Below are positions 48,667 to 58,131 of a DNA stretch of 64,000 nt, piece by piece; positions within the stretch are counted from its first letter, which is position 1, and the number at the start of each line of letters is the position of its first letter. The position numbers and the translations under genes were made by a program. The stretch covers positions 128,001-192,000 of the forward strand of contig JBBIUB010000001.1 in NCBI GenBank assembly GCA_037440465.1, read 5' to 3'. The DNA is from Coprothermobacterota bacterium (lineage in GTDB: Bacteria; Coprothermobacterota; HKB111). The notes below the pieces were generated by a model. It ran no database searches, had not been told where the DNA came from, and saw only the letters and a list, made by a program, of their open reading frames with translations.

Positions 48667-50016
48667 TTATACAGGGATTTCGTCTTCTTTTCTTTTTGTC
48701 TCTAAAACAGTGAAGGAAGAATACTCCTTTTCAAAACGGAGCTTTATCACACCAGTAGGTCCATTTCTCTGCTTAGCGATATTTACTTCTACCACACCGG
48801 GTTCTGTACTCTGAGGATTGTGGTAATCATCTCTATATAAGAATATGACCATATCAGCATCTTGTTCGATAGAACCCGATTCTCTTAAATCAGGTAAAAT
48901 AGGCCGTCTATCTGGCCTATCTTCAGGTCTACGGGATAGCTGAGAAAGTACAACAAGGGGTATATTCAATTCTCTTGACAAGCTTTTTAAAGCCCTTGTT
49001 AGCTCTGATACTTCCTGTACACGAGACTCGCTTCTACTACTACCCTGAATGAGCTGTAGATAGTCAACAAACAGTATTTTTATATCCTTTTCGAGTTTAA
49101 GTCTACGCGCTCTTGTTCTAAGCTCCATGATGGTTAATGTAGAAGAATCATCTATATAGAAAGGAGCTCTCCCGAGTTCTCCAAAAGCCTCAGCAAGATC
49201 CCTCCACTCATCTTCTGTTATATGTCCCTGCCTTAATCTGTGATTATTAATCATGGCTTCTTTGCTTAGAAGCCTTAGAACAGTTTGCTGTCTTGACATT
49301 TCTAGAGAGAAGAAACCAATAGGAAAGCTACCTTCAATAGCCATATTTCTTGCAATATTCAAGGCAAAGGCTGTTTTGCCAACTGAAGGCCGAGCAGCAA
49401 TGATAATAAGATCTGATGGTTGAAAACCGGTAGTCAAAGAATCGATTGGAAGAAAATAAGTAGGTAATCCATATACTGCTCCTTTATGGTGGCAAATCTT
49501 CTCAAGATAAGCAAAAACTTCCCCTAAAACATCCTTTACAAGATAGGTGCCTGATAATCCTCTCCTACCAACCTGTTGAAGGAGAAGCTGTTCTGCTTTG
49601 TCTCTTAGTAAATCAACATCTTCAGCCAGGTTATAACCGAGTGATGCTACTTCTGTACCTATTCTTATAAGAGCTCTTCTTATAGAATCGTCACGGACTA
49701 TCTTAGCATAGTGATTGACATTGGCTGCTGTTGGAACAGCTGTGGCTAAATCCGCAAGGTAACTTCCACCTCCTACCTCCTCTAATCGCCCTCTTCTGTG
49801 TAATTCGTCAGTGATGACAAGAAGATCTACTGGTTCCCCTTTATTAAAGAGATCTGTAATAGTATCATATATGATCTTATGAGAGGAATTATAGAAATCA
49901 CGACCTTCCAGGAATTCGGCTGTTTTTATAATTGCTTCACGATCCAGAAGAAGAGAGCCCAGAACAGCTTGTTCTGCTTCCAAATTGTGAGGAGGAACTA
50001 CTGATGGTATACTCAT
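48667..50016 (-). CDS. dnaB: Replicative DNA helicase
   Basis: PPHNLEAEQAVLG, AARPSVGKT, FSLEM, DYLQL, DLRESGSIEQDAD, KQRNGP; no intein. Confidence 0.97.
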   Translation of the reverse strand: MSIPSVVPPHNLEAEQAVLGSLLLDREAIIKTAEFLEGRDFYNSSHKIIYDTITDLFNKGEPVDLLVITDELHRRGRLEEVGGGSYLADLATAVPTAANVNHYAKIVRDDSIRRALIRIGTEVASLGYNLAEDVDLLRDKAEQLLLQQVGRRGLSGTYLVKDVLGEVFAYLEKICHHKGAVYGLPTYFLPIDSLTTGFQPSDLIIIAARPSVGKTAFALNIARNMAIEGSFPIGFFSLEMSRQQTVLRLLSKEAMINNHRLRQGHITEDEWRDLAEAFGELGRAPFYIDDSSTLTIMELRTRARRLKLEKDIKILFVDYLQLIQGSSRSESRVQEVSELTRALKSLSRELNIPLVVLSQLSRRPEDRPDRRPILPDLRESGSIEQDADMVIFLYRDDYHNPQSTEPGVVEVNIAKQRNGPTGVIKLRFEKEYSSFTVLETKRKEDEIPV

Positions 50017-50477
50017 TGTTTATGACTTCGAGGTTTAACTTCGAGAATCAGATTTGCTTTTACATCTTTAGACAAATATATTGTAATATAATGACGACCA
50101 ATGGAACGAATCGGAGTTTCTATATCTATTACTTTCTTATCTATAGAAAGCCCTAATTTATTCTTGAGTTCTTCTGCAATATTCCTATTAGTGATAGAAC
50201 CGAATATCTTCCCACCTTCCCCGACAGCAGCTTCCAGATACAGGGGGTTTTCCTCAAGTTTATCCTTTAAAACCGCTGCTCTTTTAATTTCTTTATCTAT
50301 CCTACTCTCTTTCTGTTTAAGAATATTTACCTGAGATTGCTCTATGCCATTTGTAGCTATTGCTACAAAACCTTTAGGAATAAGAAAGTTTCTAACATAT
50401 CCTTCACTTACTTCTTTTATTTCGCCTTTCTTGCCTAAACTTGGCACATCCTTTAAAAGTAAGACTTTAAGTCCCAT
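50013..50477 (-). CDS. rplI: 50S ribosomal protein L9
   Basis: LGKKGEIKEVSEGYVRNFLIP, KIFGSIT. Confidence 0.95.
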   Translation of the reverse strand: MGLKVLLLKDVPSLGKKGEIKEVSEGYVRNFLIPKGFVAIATNGIEQSQVNILKQKESRIDKEIKRAAVLKDKLEENPLYLEAAVGEGGKIFGSITNRNIAEELKNKLGLSIDKKVIDIETPIRSIGRHYITIYLSKDVKANLILEVKPRSHKQ

Positions 50478-50497
50478 ATAAGGTTTAAGACTCTCCG

Positions 50498-50743
50498 TTA
50501 CCTGGATATTATGGGTAAAAGAGCAATCTCTCTTGCTCTTTTTATAGCTAAAGCTAATCTTCTCTGGTGTTTAGCACAAACACCTGTTGTACGACGAGCT
50601 AAAATTTTTCCTTTTTCCGTAATAAATCTTTTTAAACGACTGTAGTCTTTATAGTCAATATCATTTAATGATTCAACACAAAATGGACATACTTTTATTC
50701 TTCTTTTGAAACCGCCAGGTCGGGCTTTTTGTTCTATATTCAT
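50498..50743 (-). CDS. rpsR: 30S ribosomal protein S18 (Zn-binding form)
   Basis: [32 protein letters not shown]. Confidence 0.96.
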   Translation of the reverse strand: MNIEQKARPGGFKRRIKVCPFCVESLNDIDYKDYSRLKRFITEKGKILARRTTGVCAKHQRRLALAIKRAREIALLPIISR

Positions 50744-51168
50744 TTATTCATACCTCTCACTTCATCATCTTCTTCTTTAAACACGCTTTCAAGAATCTCT
50801 TCAACCTCTCCTGCAGATTCAAGGGGTTGAACACCTTCTGTTTCCCTCTTCTCCAAAAATAGCACAGTACTTGCTACTACTTCTGAAACTCTACGCTTTT
50901 CTCCAGTTGAAGTTTCGTAACTTCTTGTTTGTAATCTACCTTCAACATATACTAACCTTCCTTTACTTAAAAAACGGGTAACCTGCTCTGCAAGATCCCG
51001 CCAGGCTACTATATTGAAGAAATCCGTTGACTCTTTCCTAATCCCATCTGGAGAGTTAAATACTCTATTAACTGCCAGGGAAAAGGTTGCAACATGAACA
51101 CCACTTTGGGTATAACGACCGATTGGATCAGCCGTTAGTCTTCCTATTAACATTACTTTATTAAGCAT
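50740..51168 (-). CDS. ssb: Single-stranded DNA-binding protein
   Basis: [29 protein letters not shown]. Confidence 0.95.
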   Translation of the reverse strand: MLNKVMLIGRLTADPIGRYTQSGVHVATFSLAVNRVFNSPDGIRKESTDFFNIVAWRDLAEQVTRFLSKGRLVYVEGRLQTRSYETSTGEKRRVSEVVASTVLFLEKRETEGVQPLESAGEVEEILESVFKEEDDEVRGMNK

Positions 51169-51184
51169 CCTATCCTCCAGATAA

Positions 51185-51469
51185 TCAATTAGTTTTTAAA
51201 AGGATGAATCTTATTATTTCTTCAGAGGATTTTAGTGTTTTTCTTAGTTCAGCTACAGTTCCTCCAGGAATATTTAAGTTCAATACCAGGTAAACACCTT
51301 CTGTGTGTTTATTTATTGGATAAGCTAGACGCTTTTTCCCCCATTTGTTTGTCTCAATAATATTGCCACCTAAGGTTGTTATCAACTCGGTAAACTGTTC
51401 TGTATAAACAGAAACATCATCTGGACTTAATTTAGTATCCAGAATCATCATAAGCTCGTAATTCTGCAT
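51185..51469 (-). CDS. rpsF: 30S ribosomal protein S6
   Basis: YELMMIL, WGKKRLAYPI, GVY. Confidence 0.95.
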   Translation of the reverse strand: MQNYELMMILDTKLSPDDVSVYTEQFTELITTLGGNIIETNKWGKKRLAYPINKHTEGVYLVLNLNIPGGTVAELRKTLKSSEEIIRFILLKTN

Positions 51470-51475
51470 TTTTAT

Positions 51476-51530
51476 CCTCCCTATGGTCTAATCAGTCTTT
51501 CCTTATTATTGATTCAGGAAAGACAGGGTT
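51476..51530 (-). promoter_or_regulatory. Probable S6:S18 autoregulatory leader RNA
   Basis: CCC followed by hairpin gtctttcct/aggaaagac, then GACC..GGGAGG SD; extended -10 TGATATAAT just upstream. Confidence 0.6.
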
Positions 51531-51619
51531 ATATATCGTAATATTATATCACCTCTTCACCCCTAACAACCGGGTATTAAGAAATCTGGCTCTTCTTTCA
51601 TATAGTTGTTGAACTGAAA

Positions 51620-51770
51620 GGATTCAAGGGGTCAGGGATTCAAGGATTCAAGTGTTTTCCAAAATCTATAACTTTTTCTAAGATTATCTCTCGTCACTCG
51701 TCACAAGTCACAGATTTTCAGTCACCTGTCACCCATTATGCTTCACCCATCACTTGTCACTCGTTGCTCT
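51620..51770. repeat. 8-nt (ggattcaa) and 7-nt (cgtcact) periodic repeats
   Basis: ggattcaa ggggtcag ggattcaa ggattcaa; cgtcact cgtcaca agtcaca; tgtcacc..catcact tgtcact. Confidence 0.7.
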
Positions 51771-51779
51771 AATCTAAGC

Positions 51780-51853
51780 TGGCTGGGGAGGATGGATTCG
51801 AACCACCATTAAAGGATCCAGAGTCCCCCGTCCTACCGTTAGACGACACCCCA
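51780..51853 (-). tRNA. tRNA-Gln(CTG)
   Basis: TGGGGTGTCGTCTAACGG...gggga CTCTGGA tcctt...GTTCGAATC...CCCCAGCCA. Confidence 0.93.
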
Positions 51854-51857
51854 GTTA

Positions 51858-52041
51858 TATCCGTAACGAGTGATCTGTAATCTGTAATGCGTGATCGGTA
51901 ATCCATAACGCGTAATATGTAATGTGTAATCTGCAACATATTATATCTGATTCCTCATCTTTATACTCGTTATCCATTACTTGTCACCCCTCACAGTTTT
52001 TCCATCACTCATCACGGCTTTCCTGTCATTCGTTACTCGTC
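51858..52041. repeat. Inverted 7-nt-period array
   Basis: cgtaacg agtgatc tgtaatc tgtaatg cgtgatc ggtaatc ... cgttatc cattact tgtcacc..catcact catcacg. Confidence 0.8.
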
Positions 52042-52112
52042 ATATTATTAAATTATACGCATTATAATTATAACAGGTAGAGGCAATAGGATATAGAAAA
52101 TAATAAATTGAG

Positions 52113-53987
52113 ATGAACAAGAAAAATAAAACGATAAATATAACAAGTATTGAAGATATAATTCTTTTCCTTGAAACAATAGCTTTTCTCCACGACATAG
52201 GAAAAATAAGCAGTTCCTTTGTAATTTCTAAAGCATCTGATGGTTTTAGGGAAGATATTCATGCCCTTTTACCTCTCAAAGATCAACATCCAAGCTCCCT
52301 TAGTAATAAATTAAATATTCAAAATCTACATAACAACCAATATTTTAATGGTGAGATATTGCCTTTCTCCCTAATCTGTGCTCATCACGGTTGCGACCGT
52401 TGTTTAGAACCATGTAAAGATAAGGAGAAAAACAATCTTGTATCCATACTTAGACTGGCTGACCAAAAAACTTCAGAAGAAGAAAAAGGTCTTCTAATAG
52501 ACACTTATCGACAACCAATGAATGCAACATATCTCTCCACACTTTTTGGACGAGAAAAAAAGCTTTCTCTTCAAAAATTAGATAAGGATAGAGAGATCCT
52601 CTGGCAATTTCTTAATAAGGCTTTTCAAACTCAGAAGATATCATTTTTAAGAAAAAAGGTACTTAGATTCAGTAAACCTTTTTATACTCGCTCTCCTTCA
52701 GAAACTCGTAGGCCAGGAAACGATATTTGCCTATGGGATCATTCTGTGTCTGTAGCTACTTACTTCAAGATAGCCCTCTATGAAATTTTTAAATCAGGTA
52801 AAAATATGTCATCTTTATCTGTGATACCATTTATTTTTTTAAAGGTTCGGGAAGAAGGGGAAGCCTTCAGAAAACTAATTGAAGAAGAGGAAACATCCGG
52901 TAACTTAGTATTAGAAATTTACCCATATGAGATTTACGTCATATCTAAATCCTTTGCAGAAGAAAAAGATAAATGGCTTAAAAATCTAAAAAACGATGAA
53001 TACTATTTATCGTATAATATTCAAGACCTTCTCCCCTACTTTCCTAATTTATTAAAGGAAATAAGTAATAAACACCCTAAATTTTTAGTTTTTGATATCA
53101 ATTATATGCTAAAAAATATTCCTTCTCTTATGGTCACTCATCCCCTTGATAAAAAGAATCATCTGGAAGCATGTTTATTGTTTGAAAATATATTATCTTT
53201 TAATCTATACAGAGAACAAAAAGAAATTGAAGAAAAGGTGAAGAGTTTAAATAAACATTTAACGAATCTTAGGAAGGGAAGGCTGGAGGGTGATAGGCTT
53301 AAAGAATATCGCGAAAAAATGAAAATATTTTTATCTCTAAAAAAAGACCTCCATATCTTAAATAAACATCATTTTAAACCTGAAATACCTTCTGAAGAAA
53401 TCTCGAAAAAACGACAAATAAACTATGATTTACCCTTACTTTCCATTTATAAAAGGTGGTTCCAAACTTCTCAGGCTATATCTTTCAAAGATTATGCGCT
53501 ATATAGTCTTTTCAGAAGAGAAAGCTCCCTTACTTTAGCTATAACACTTTGTCGGGAGGTAAATACATTACTCAATAAAATTGTCAGATTCTTGAGTACC
53601 AAGTATAACAAAAAAAGTAAAACTTTATTTCCTTTTCTATTTCCTGTATCAACCTTAGAGAAAAAAGAAATCGAGGAAATCAGGAATATGGTAATTACTT
53701 GGAGTGGAAAATTTTATGGTTTTACTCCTTGTTATATTCATAATAATAAAATAGACCTTCCAAATTTTGACAACACTTTTTCTTTTTATCATCTTAAAGA
53801 GAAGAGAATCTTAAAAAAACATCTTTTAATGTCTTTTGATGAAGGAACAAAAATCAAATTACCACTTTTATTAGGAAATGATGAGATAGATATATTCAGA
53901 CTATATAGAGAAGATGAAAAAAGGAAACTTATACACTTAATGGACGCAGAAAAAGGGTCTTGTATTAATTTTGGTATAATATCCTGA
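52113..53987 (+). CDS. Stand-alone Csx11 / type III-C Cas10-like HD-domain protein, shortened
   Basis: FLHDIGK, AHH, LAD..S..EKG, Q...YLSTLFGRE and ETRRPGNDICLWDHS, recognised as Csx11 motifs; no GGDD. Confidence 0.7.
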   Translation: MNKKNKTINITSIEDIILFLETIAFLHDIGKISSSFVISKASDGFREDIHALLPLKDQHPSSLSNKLNIQNLHNNQYFNGEILPFSLICAHHGCDRCLEPCKDKEKNNLVSILRLADQKTSEEEKGLLIDTYRQPMNATYLSTLFGREKKLSLQKLDKDREILWQFLNKAFQTQKISFLRKKVLRFSKPFYTRSPSETRRPGNDICLWDHSVSVATYFKIALYEIFKSGKNMSSLSVIPFIFLKVREEGEAFRKLIEEEETSGNLVLEIYPYEIYVISKSFAEEKDKWLKNLKNDEYYLSYNIQDLLPYFPNLLKEISNKHPKFLVFDINYMLKNIPSLMVTHPLDKKNHLEACLLFENILSFNLYREQKEIEEKVKSLNKHLTNLRKGRLEGDRLKEYREKMKIFLSLKKDLHILNKHHFKPEIPSEEISKKRQINYDLPLLSIYKRWFQTSQAISFKDYALYSLFRRESSLTLAITLCREVNTLLNKIVRFLSTKYNKKSKTLFPFLFPVSTLEKKEIEEIRNMVITWSGKFYGFTPCYIHNNKIDLPNFDNTFSFYHLKEKRILKKHLLMSFDEGTKIKLPLLLGNDEIDIFRLYREDEKRKLIHLMDAEKGSCINFGIIS

Positions 53988-54453
53988 AATTAAATAAAAG
54001 CGCAACCAAAGTCTTGGCATCTTTAATTTCACCTTTATTCATTAGATTTATAAGGTCTTTCGGATCATATGTCAAAACTTCTTCAACTTCAGTAGGTTCT
54101 CTTACCTTTATCAGACCTTCAGCTTTATATAGATACATTCTCTCTGAAGAATAACCGGGAGAAAGATAAAAAGACAAGAGAAATACCATATTAGATGCTC
54201 TATAACCTGTTTCTTCTTCTAATTCTCTGGCAGCAGCCCTCTCTGGAGTTTCCCCTGCCTCTACCCAACCAGCTGGAAGCTCAAGAAGATGGGAAGATGT
54301 TGCTGGGCGATAGTTTTTGACCATAAGAACCTTATCATCAATTTTAGCGAGCACAACTACAGATTCAGGTAGGTCAACTATCTCCCGGTCATCTTTAATT
54401 ATCAATCGTAGAAAATTACCCTTATATAACTCATTCCCGACAGAGTTTTCTAT
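53965..54453 (-). CDS. NUDIX hydrolase (ADP-ribose pyrophosphatase-like)
   Basis: Nudix box ELPAGWVEAGETPERAAARELEEETG, SPGYSSE, IKDAKT; start TTG 54405 or ATA 54453. Confidence 0.88.
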   Translation of the reverse strand: MENSVGNELYKGNFLRLIIKDDREIVDLPESVVVLAKIDDKVLMVKNYRPATSSHLLELPAGWVEAGETPERAAARELEEETGYRASNMVFLLSFYLSPGYSSERMYLYKAEGLIKVREPTEVEEVLTYDPKDLINLMNKGEIKDAKTLVALLFNFRILYQN

Positions 54454-54456
54454 TGT

Positions 54457-54993
54457 TTATTCCCCTGATTCCCAGCCTAACTTTAATGCCTCTTGATTAG
54501 CTTTTACCACACTCTCTCCTCTGTGAGAAAAGAACTCCTTGAGTATCTCACTAACCGTTGTCATAGAAAGGATTGGAAGTTCTTTTAGTAATCTCCCGAG
54601 AAGGACTATGTTAGAGGCTCTCTCCTCTCCTGCTTGTCTTGCCATGGTCAGAGCATCTAATTCTACTATCTTAATATCTTCTCTCTCAGGCTTTCTGGTC
54701 ACAAGAGATTTATTTACAAGAAGAAGTCCACCCTTTTTTAACCAGGGTTCAAATTTATCGAGAGATGGTTGGTTTAAAACAACTACCACATCTGGGTCAG
54801 AAGAGATTGGAGAAGCCACTTCTTCATCTCCTAAAACTACTGTGCAATATGCCGTTCCTCCCCTTTGCTCTGGTCCATAAGCAGGAAACCATGTGGTATA
54901 TTTTTCTTCTTTAAGAGCTCCATAACTCAAGATTTGACCAAAAGCCAGAACGCCCTGTCCACCAAAGCCTGAAATTATAATCTCGTAGTTCAC
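54457..54993 (-). CDS. 2-oxoacid:ferredoxin oxidoreductase gamma subunit
   Basis: SGFGGQGV, YGPEQRGG, NIVLLG. Confidence 0.92.
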   Translation of the reverse strand: MNYEIIISGFGGQGVLAFGQILSYGALKEEKYTTWFPAYGPEQRGGTAYCTVVLGDEEVASPISSDPDVVVVLNQPSLDKFEPWLKKGGLLLVNKSLVTRKPEREDIKIVELDALTMARQAGEERASNIVLLGRLLKELPILSMTTVSEILKEFFSHRGESVVKANQEALKLGWESGE

Positions 54994-55730
54994 TCTTCTC
55001 CTCCTTTATAAACACCAAGAGGGAATTCTACAACCATTTTTTCCTTAATGAAATTAATCGATTCAACTACACTCATACCCCAATTAGTAGGACAGTTACT
55101 TAGGAACTCTACTATAGAGAAACCCTTACCTTCTAACTGATTCATAAAAGCTTTTTTAACAGCTTTTTTACTAGCAAGAATAGTTTTAGGGTCATAAGTG
55201 GCTACACGGGCAGAGTAAACAACACCCTTAAAATTGCTCATAAGTTCCGCTATGTGAAATGGATGCCCTTCTCTTTTGACATCCCTGCCATATGGTGAAG
55301 TGGTGGTATGTTGACCAAGTAAAGTGGTTGGCGCCATCTGACCACCTGTCATACCATAATTAGCGTTGTTAATAAAAATAGTAGTCAGGTTCTCACCACG
55401 GTTTGCAGCATGGATTATTTCAGCCATTCCTATAGATGCCAGGTCACCATCACCTTGATAAGTAAATACCACTCTGTCAGGGAATACTCTTTTAATACCG
55501 GTTGCAGTTGCAGGGGCACGGCCATGAGGTGCAACTATGAAATCCAGTTTAAAATAATCATAGATAAAAACCGCACAACCTATGGGTGCAATTCCAATGG
55601 TTCTTCCCTGGATTCCAAGTTCGTCAATAGCTTCAGCAACCAGGCGATGAGAAATACCATGATGACAACCAGAACAATAATGAGTAAGTTTATCCTCCAT
55701 AACTACAGGTCGAGCGTATATTGTTTTCAT
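54990..55730 (-). CDS. 2-oxoacid (2-oxoisovalerate):ferredoxin oxidoreductase beta (TPP) subunit
   Basis: HYCSGCHHG, HGRAPA, YQGDGD, NNANYGMTGGQ, CPTNW. Confidence 0.92.
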   Translation of the reverse strand: MKTIYARPVVMEDKLTHYCSGCHHGISHRLVAEAIDELGIQGRTIGIAPIGCAVFIYDYFKLDFIVAPHGRAPATATGIKRVFPDRVVFTYQGDGDLASIGMAEIIHAANRGENLTTIFINNANYGMTGGQMAPTTLLGQHTTTSPYGRDVKREGHPFHIAELMSNFKGVVYSARVATYDPKTILASKKAVKKAFMNQLEGKGFSIVEFLSNCPTNWGMSVVESINFIKEKMVVEFPLGVYKGGEE

Positions 55731-55738
55731 ATATCCTC

Positions 55739-56806
55739 CTAAAAATCTAAAAGGGACATAGTCTCTTTTACTTTCTGAACAATATCCTTAGGAGTTGGTA
55801 CCATCCCACCTGGTCTTCCATAGAAGAAAACAGGTCTCCTGTCTCCCACTGCCAGGCGAACATCTTCTACCATTTGACCAGCGCTCATCTCAACCACAAG
55901 AAACGCTTCTACTTGCGGAACCAACTCTACTAATATTCCATAAGGAAAAGGCCAGAGAGTTATGGGTCTTACCAGACCTACTGGAACCTTTTCCTCTCTT
56001 AAAGCTTTTACAGCAGATTTAGTTATTCGACCTGAAGTTCCAAAAGCCACAATGATATACTCAGCGTCATCTGTGTAATATTCTTCCCATCTAACTTCTT
56101 CTTTGATTATCTGATCGTATTTCTTCTGTAACCTCCAGTTAATCTCTTCCAATTTCTCTGGCACCATCTCAAAAGCCATTGCGAGGTTTTTTTCCCTTCC
56201 TAATGCGCCTGTTAAAGCCCACGGTTTATTTGGAAGATTCTCAAGTTTTACTTCTTCTGGCAAGACAACTGGTTCCATCATTTGACCAAGAGCACCATCA
56301 GCCAGTAACACCACAGGATTCCTGTATTTATCAGCAAGGTCAAAAGCTAATACTGTTAAATCAACAAGTTCTTTAACAGTAGACGGTCCAAAAACAATAT
56401 TCCTGTAATCACCGTGACCTCCTCCTTTAGTAGCCTGAAAATAATCAGACTGGGCAGGAGCTATATTACCTAACCCTGGTCCTCCCCTCATTATATTAGC
56501 TATCACACAAGGTAACTCCATTCCACTCAAATATGAAATACCTTCAACCATTAAACTAAAACCAGGGCTGGAGGTTGTAGTCATAACTCGTGCTCCTGCA
56601 GCTGAAGCACCCATGACCATATTTATTGAAGCAGTCTCACTTTCACCCTGTAAAAATACTCCACCTACCTGAGGTAGTCTCTTAGACATATATTCTGGGG
56701 TTTCATTCTGAGGTGTTATAGGATAACCAAAAAAATACCTACAACCAGCTTTTATAGCTGCCTCAGCAACAGCTTCTACCCCCTTGAAAAGAATTCTTTC
56801 GCTCAT
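55739..56806 (-). CDS. 2-oxoisovalerate:ferredoxin oxidoreductase alpha subunit (VorB-type)
   Basis: GYPITPQ, SSPGFSL, RGGPGLG, KGGGHGDY, VEMSAGQM. Confidence 0.9.
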   Translation of the reverse strand: MSERILFKGVEAVAEAAIKAGCRYFFGYPITPQNETPEYMSKRLPQVGGVFLQGESETASINMVMGASAAGARVMTTTSSPGFSLMVEGISYLSGMELPCVIANIMRGGPGLGNIAPAQSDYFQATKGGGHGDYRNIVFGPSTVKELVDLTVLAFDLADKYRNPVVLLADGALGQMMEPVVLPEEVKLENLPNKPWALTGALGREKNLAMAFEMVPEKLEEINWRLQKKYDQIIKEEVRWEEYYTDDAEYIIVAFGTSGRITKSAVKALREEKVPVGLVRPITLWPFPYGILVELVPQVEAFLVVEMSAGQMVEDVRLAVGDRRPVFFYGRPGGMVPTPKDIVQKVKETMSLLDF

Positions 56807-56808
56807 CT

Positions 56809-57030
56809 TTATTCCTCCGATTTCTCTTGTTTATAAACATCAAAGACCATGTCAGGGCAGACAATATAACAAAAACCACACGATATACAACCATCTTCAT
56901 TTAAGAGTTCTACTGGATGATAACCTCTCGAGTTTATATCTTTTGATAAACCCAACACACTATTAGGACACACTTCCACGCATAAGCTACAAGCTTTACA
57001 GTACTCTTCTCTGATTTTTAATTTAGACAC
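56809..57030 (-). CDS. 2x[4Fe-4S] ferredoxin (delta subunit)
   Basis: CKACSLCVEVCP and CISCGFCYIVCP. Confidence 0.92.
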   Translation of the reverse strand: MSKLKIREEYCKACSLCVEVCPNSVLGLSKDINSRGYHPVELLNEDGCISCGFCYIVCPDMVFDVYKQEKSEE

Positions 57031-57043
57031 AAGCTGCTCCTCC

Positions 57044-58111
57044 TTAACTATATACTTTAGCTTTTTCTAAACCTATAAGTACCCTTAAAGCGCCCTCGGC
57101 TAAGGCTTTCATTTCGTCCTCTCCGGGGTAAACTAATATTGGTGCTATAAAAGAAACTATCTCTTTGAGACGACCAGTTATGTAAGAAGATCTGGAAAGC
57201 CCGCCACTTATTACTATGGCATCTACTTTTCCCTTTAAGACAGTAGCCATTGCTCCAATTTCTTTAGCTATCTGGTAAATCATCGCTTCGTAAATAAGCT
57301 TAGCATAAGTGTCTCCTTTTCTTATTCTTTCCTCTACTTCCTGAGCACTATTGGTACCAAGATAAGCTACCAAACCTCCCCTACCAGTTATTTTCTGCAG
57401 CATCTCTTCTTGAGAGTATTTGTTAGAAAAGCAAAGTTTAACAAGATCTCCAACAGGCAAACCCCCGCTTCTTTCTGGCGTAAAAGGTCCATCACCATTA
57501 AAAGCATTATTTACATCCACCACATTTCCTTTTTCGTGAACACCTATAGATATTCCACCGCCCATGTGCACTACTATCATGTTTACTTCTGAGTAATCCC
57601 TTCCTAAAAAATCAGATGCACGCCTAGCTACAGCTTTTTGATTTAATGCATGAAATATACTCCTTCTATTTATATCAAGCATACCAGAAATTCTTGCTAT
57701 TTCCTTAAGTTCGTCTACTACAACCGGATCAACAATAAAAGCTGGAATATCAACTTTTGTGGCAAGCATATGTGCTAAAATTCCTCCAAGGTTGGAAGGA
57801 TGTTCTCCTTGAACCCCCATTCTAAGATCATTTAACATAACTTCGTTTACTATGTAAATTCCACTTGTCAAAGGTTTAAGCAAACCACCTACCCCAACAA
57901 CTGCTGATAATTCATCCAGTTCATATCTATGTTCTTTTAAAAATGACATTATCATTGACATTCTAAAATCAATTTGATCAATTACCCGGGGGAATGTTTT
58001 TAATTCTTCAATAGAATGTCTGAGCGTTTTTAAAGCTACTCCTTCTTCATCTTCAAATACTGCAATTTTGGTAGAAGTAGAGCCAGGGTTAATGACAAGT
58101 ACCGTGAACAT
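57044..58111 (-). CDS. buk: Butyrate/branched-chain acid kinase
   Basis: INPGSTSTK, HPSNLG, HALNQK, HMGGG, GPFTPER, PGEDE. Confidence 0.94.
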   Translation of the reverse strand: MFTVLVINPGSTSTKIAVFEDEEGVALKTLRHSIEELKTFPRVIDQIDFRMSMIMSFLKEHRYELDELSAVVGVGGLLKPLTSGIYIVNEVMLNDLRMGVQGEHPSNLGGILAHMLATKVDIPAFIVDPVVVDELKEIARISGMLDINRRSIFHALNQKAVARRASDFLGRDYSEVNMIVVHMGGGISIGVHEKGNVVDVNNAFNGDGPFTPERSGGLPVGDLVKLCFSNKYSQEEMLQKITGRGGLVAYLGTNSAQEVEERIRKGDTYAKLIYEAMIYQIAKEIGAMATVLKGKVDAIVISGGLSRSSYITGRLKEIVSFIAPILVYPGEDEMKALAEGALRVLIGLEKAKVYS

Positions 58112-58131
58112 TTTAGGCCTCCTTTATAAAA

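Noticed and set aside
41420..50016. Inteins or introns in nrdJ and dnaB
   Set aside because: Normal lengths and contiguous motifs; no splice-junction signatures
51858..52041. CRISPR array beside the Cas10-like gene
   Set aside because: 7-nt tandem periodicity with no unique spacers
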